The notes below the pieces were generated by a model, which saw nothing but the letters and a program-made list of their open reading frames with translations, was not told where the DNA came from and made no database searches. Position numbers and translations under genes: made by a program. A DNA stretch of 64,000 nucleotides, from the NCBI GenBank assembly GCA_039714595.1, contig JBDLJA010000005.1, forward strand, positions 41,890 through 105,889, written 5' to 3'. This document shows, piece by piece, positions 63,570 to 64,000 of the stretch (its first letter is position 1; the number at the start of each line of letters is the position of its first letter). Source of the DNA: Thermodesulfobacteriota bacterium (GTDB taxonomy: Bacteria; Desulfobacterota; Desulfobulbia; Desulfobulbales; SURF-16).

Positions 63570-64000
63570 ATGGCAATCACCAGTAAAGAGATCAATGCGG
63601 CCTTCAGCAGCGAGGTCATCAATATTCCCGGCGGCGAGGAACTCAACGCCTGCTTTTCCTGCGGCGCCTGCAGTGGCGCCTGTCCCGTAAGCCAGGCCAT
63701 CCCCGAGTTTGACCCCCGCAAAATCATCCACATGGTGCGCATGGGCCTGAAAGACAAGGTCCTGGCGGCCGATCTGCTCTGGTACTGCTCCCAGTGCCAG
63801 GGCTGTGTCTATGTCTGCCCCCAGAACGTCCGCTTCGCCTCCATCATGGGGGCCCTGCAGAAGCTGGCCCGGCGCGAGGGGATCATCAGCGAGGAAGACC
63901 TGCGGGAGAAGGGCAAGGTCGCCTGGGTGGAGCGGGACCAATGCGTCTCCTGCCTCACCTGCGTCCGGGTCTGCCCCTTTGAGGTACCGGTTATCGATGC
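63570..64000 (+). CDS. HdrC-like 4Fe-4S cluster protein (partial, runs off the window)
   Basis: Absent from the ORF track because no stop falls in the window. The ATG at 63570 is preceded by GAGGAAG. Translation: MAITSKEINAAFSSEVINIPGGEELNACFSCGACSGACPVSQ...LWYCSQCQGCVYVCPQNV...CVSCLTCVRVCPFEVP. The CxxCxxCxxxCP motifs are in the heterodisulfide reductase C arrangement. Confidence 0.7.
   Translation, partial: MAITSKEINAAFSSEVINIPGGEELNACFSCGACSGACPVSQAIPEFDPRKIIHMVRMGLKDKVLAADLLWYCSQCQGCVYVCPQNVRFASIMGALQKLARREGIISEEDLREKGKVAWVERDQCVSCLTCVRVCPFEVPVID

Overview
GC-rich 64-kb chromosomal window that reads as core genome rather than an accessory island. It holds about 50 confidently recognisable protein genes, one tRNA-Arg(ACG) and dnaA. 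I saw no rRNA, CRISPR array, transposase, integrase or phage genes. The gene content suggests an anaerobic Desulfobacterota-like bacterium; this is inference from content only. That content includes a selenocysteine formate dehydrogenase, an AhbD/NirJ-like radical SAM next to hemE/hemH, a RACo-like activase, a MetF-MetV fusion and an HdrC-like Fe-S protein. Recognisable blocks in order: a flavoprotein/TPP-enzyme/aldehyde dehydrogenase operon; hemE-HD-hemH plus radical SAM; PIN-PhoH; nadE; PMM/PGM; dnaA with a 658-bp upstream gap; an APH-family kinase; an orphan 756-aa AAA+ protein; tRNA-Arg; cspA; sbcCD; an RR-GGDEF / IF2-C-terminal paralog / DUF456 block; rlmN; a tandem-RHH protein divergent from hsp20-clpB; PAS-GGDEF-EAL; an ADP-forming acetyl-CoA synthetase plus a CoA-transferase-GNAT fusion; pntAA-AB-B; usp; the fdhA(Sec)-FeS-flavoprotein-RACo operon; aat; a methyltransferase; metF-metV; purF; kdsD; and a partial hdrC-like gene. 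The most interesting signals are listed here. (1) A perfect Fur-type 7-1-7 box plus a second near-perfect box sit on the promoter of the orphan 756-aa protein, which has a degenerate pfkB-like N-terminal half and a classic AAA+ C-terminal half. (2) A stand-alone paralog of the IF2 C-terminal domains with no G domain is translationally coupled to a DUF456 membrane protein. (3) A single-chain tandem ribbon-helix-helix protein lies divergent from hsp20-clpB, with a 9-bp inverted repeat beside the hsp20 promoter. (4) The ORF track splits fdhA at an in-frame TGA that is best read as selenocysteine. (5) Several families of small structured repeats are present: heptanucleotide arrays, CGCAAAG-type hairpins and a duplicated 88-bp element with terminal inverted repeats. 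Most other long ORFs in the six-frame track are antisense shadows of real genes in GC-rich DNA.
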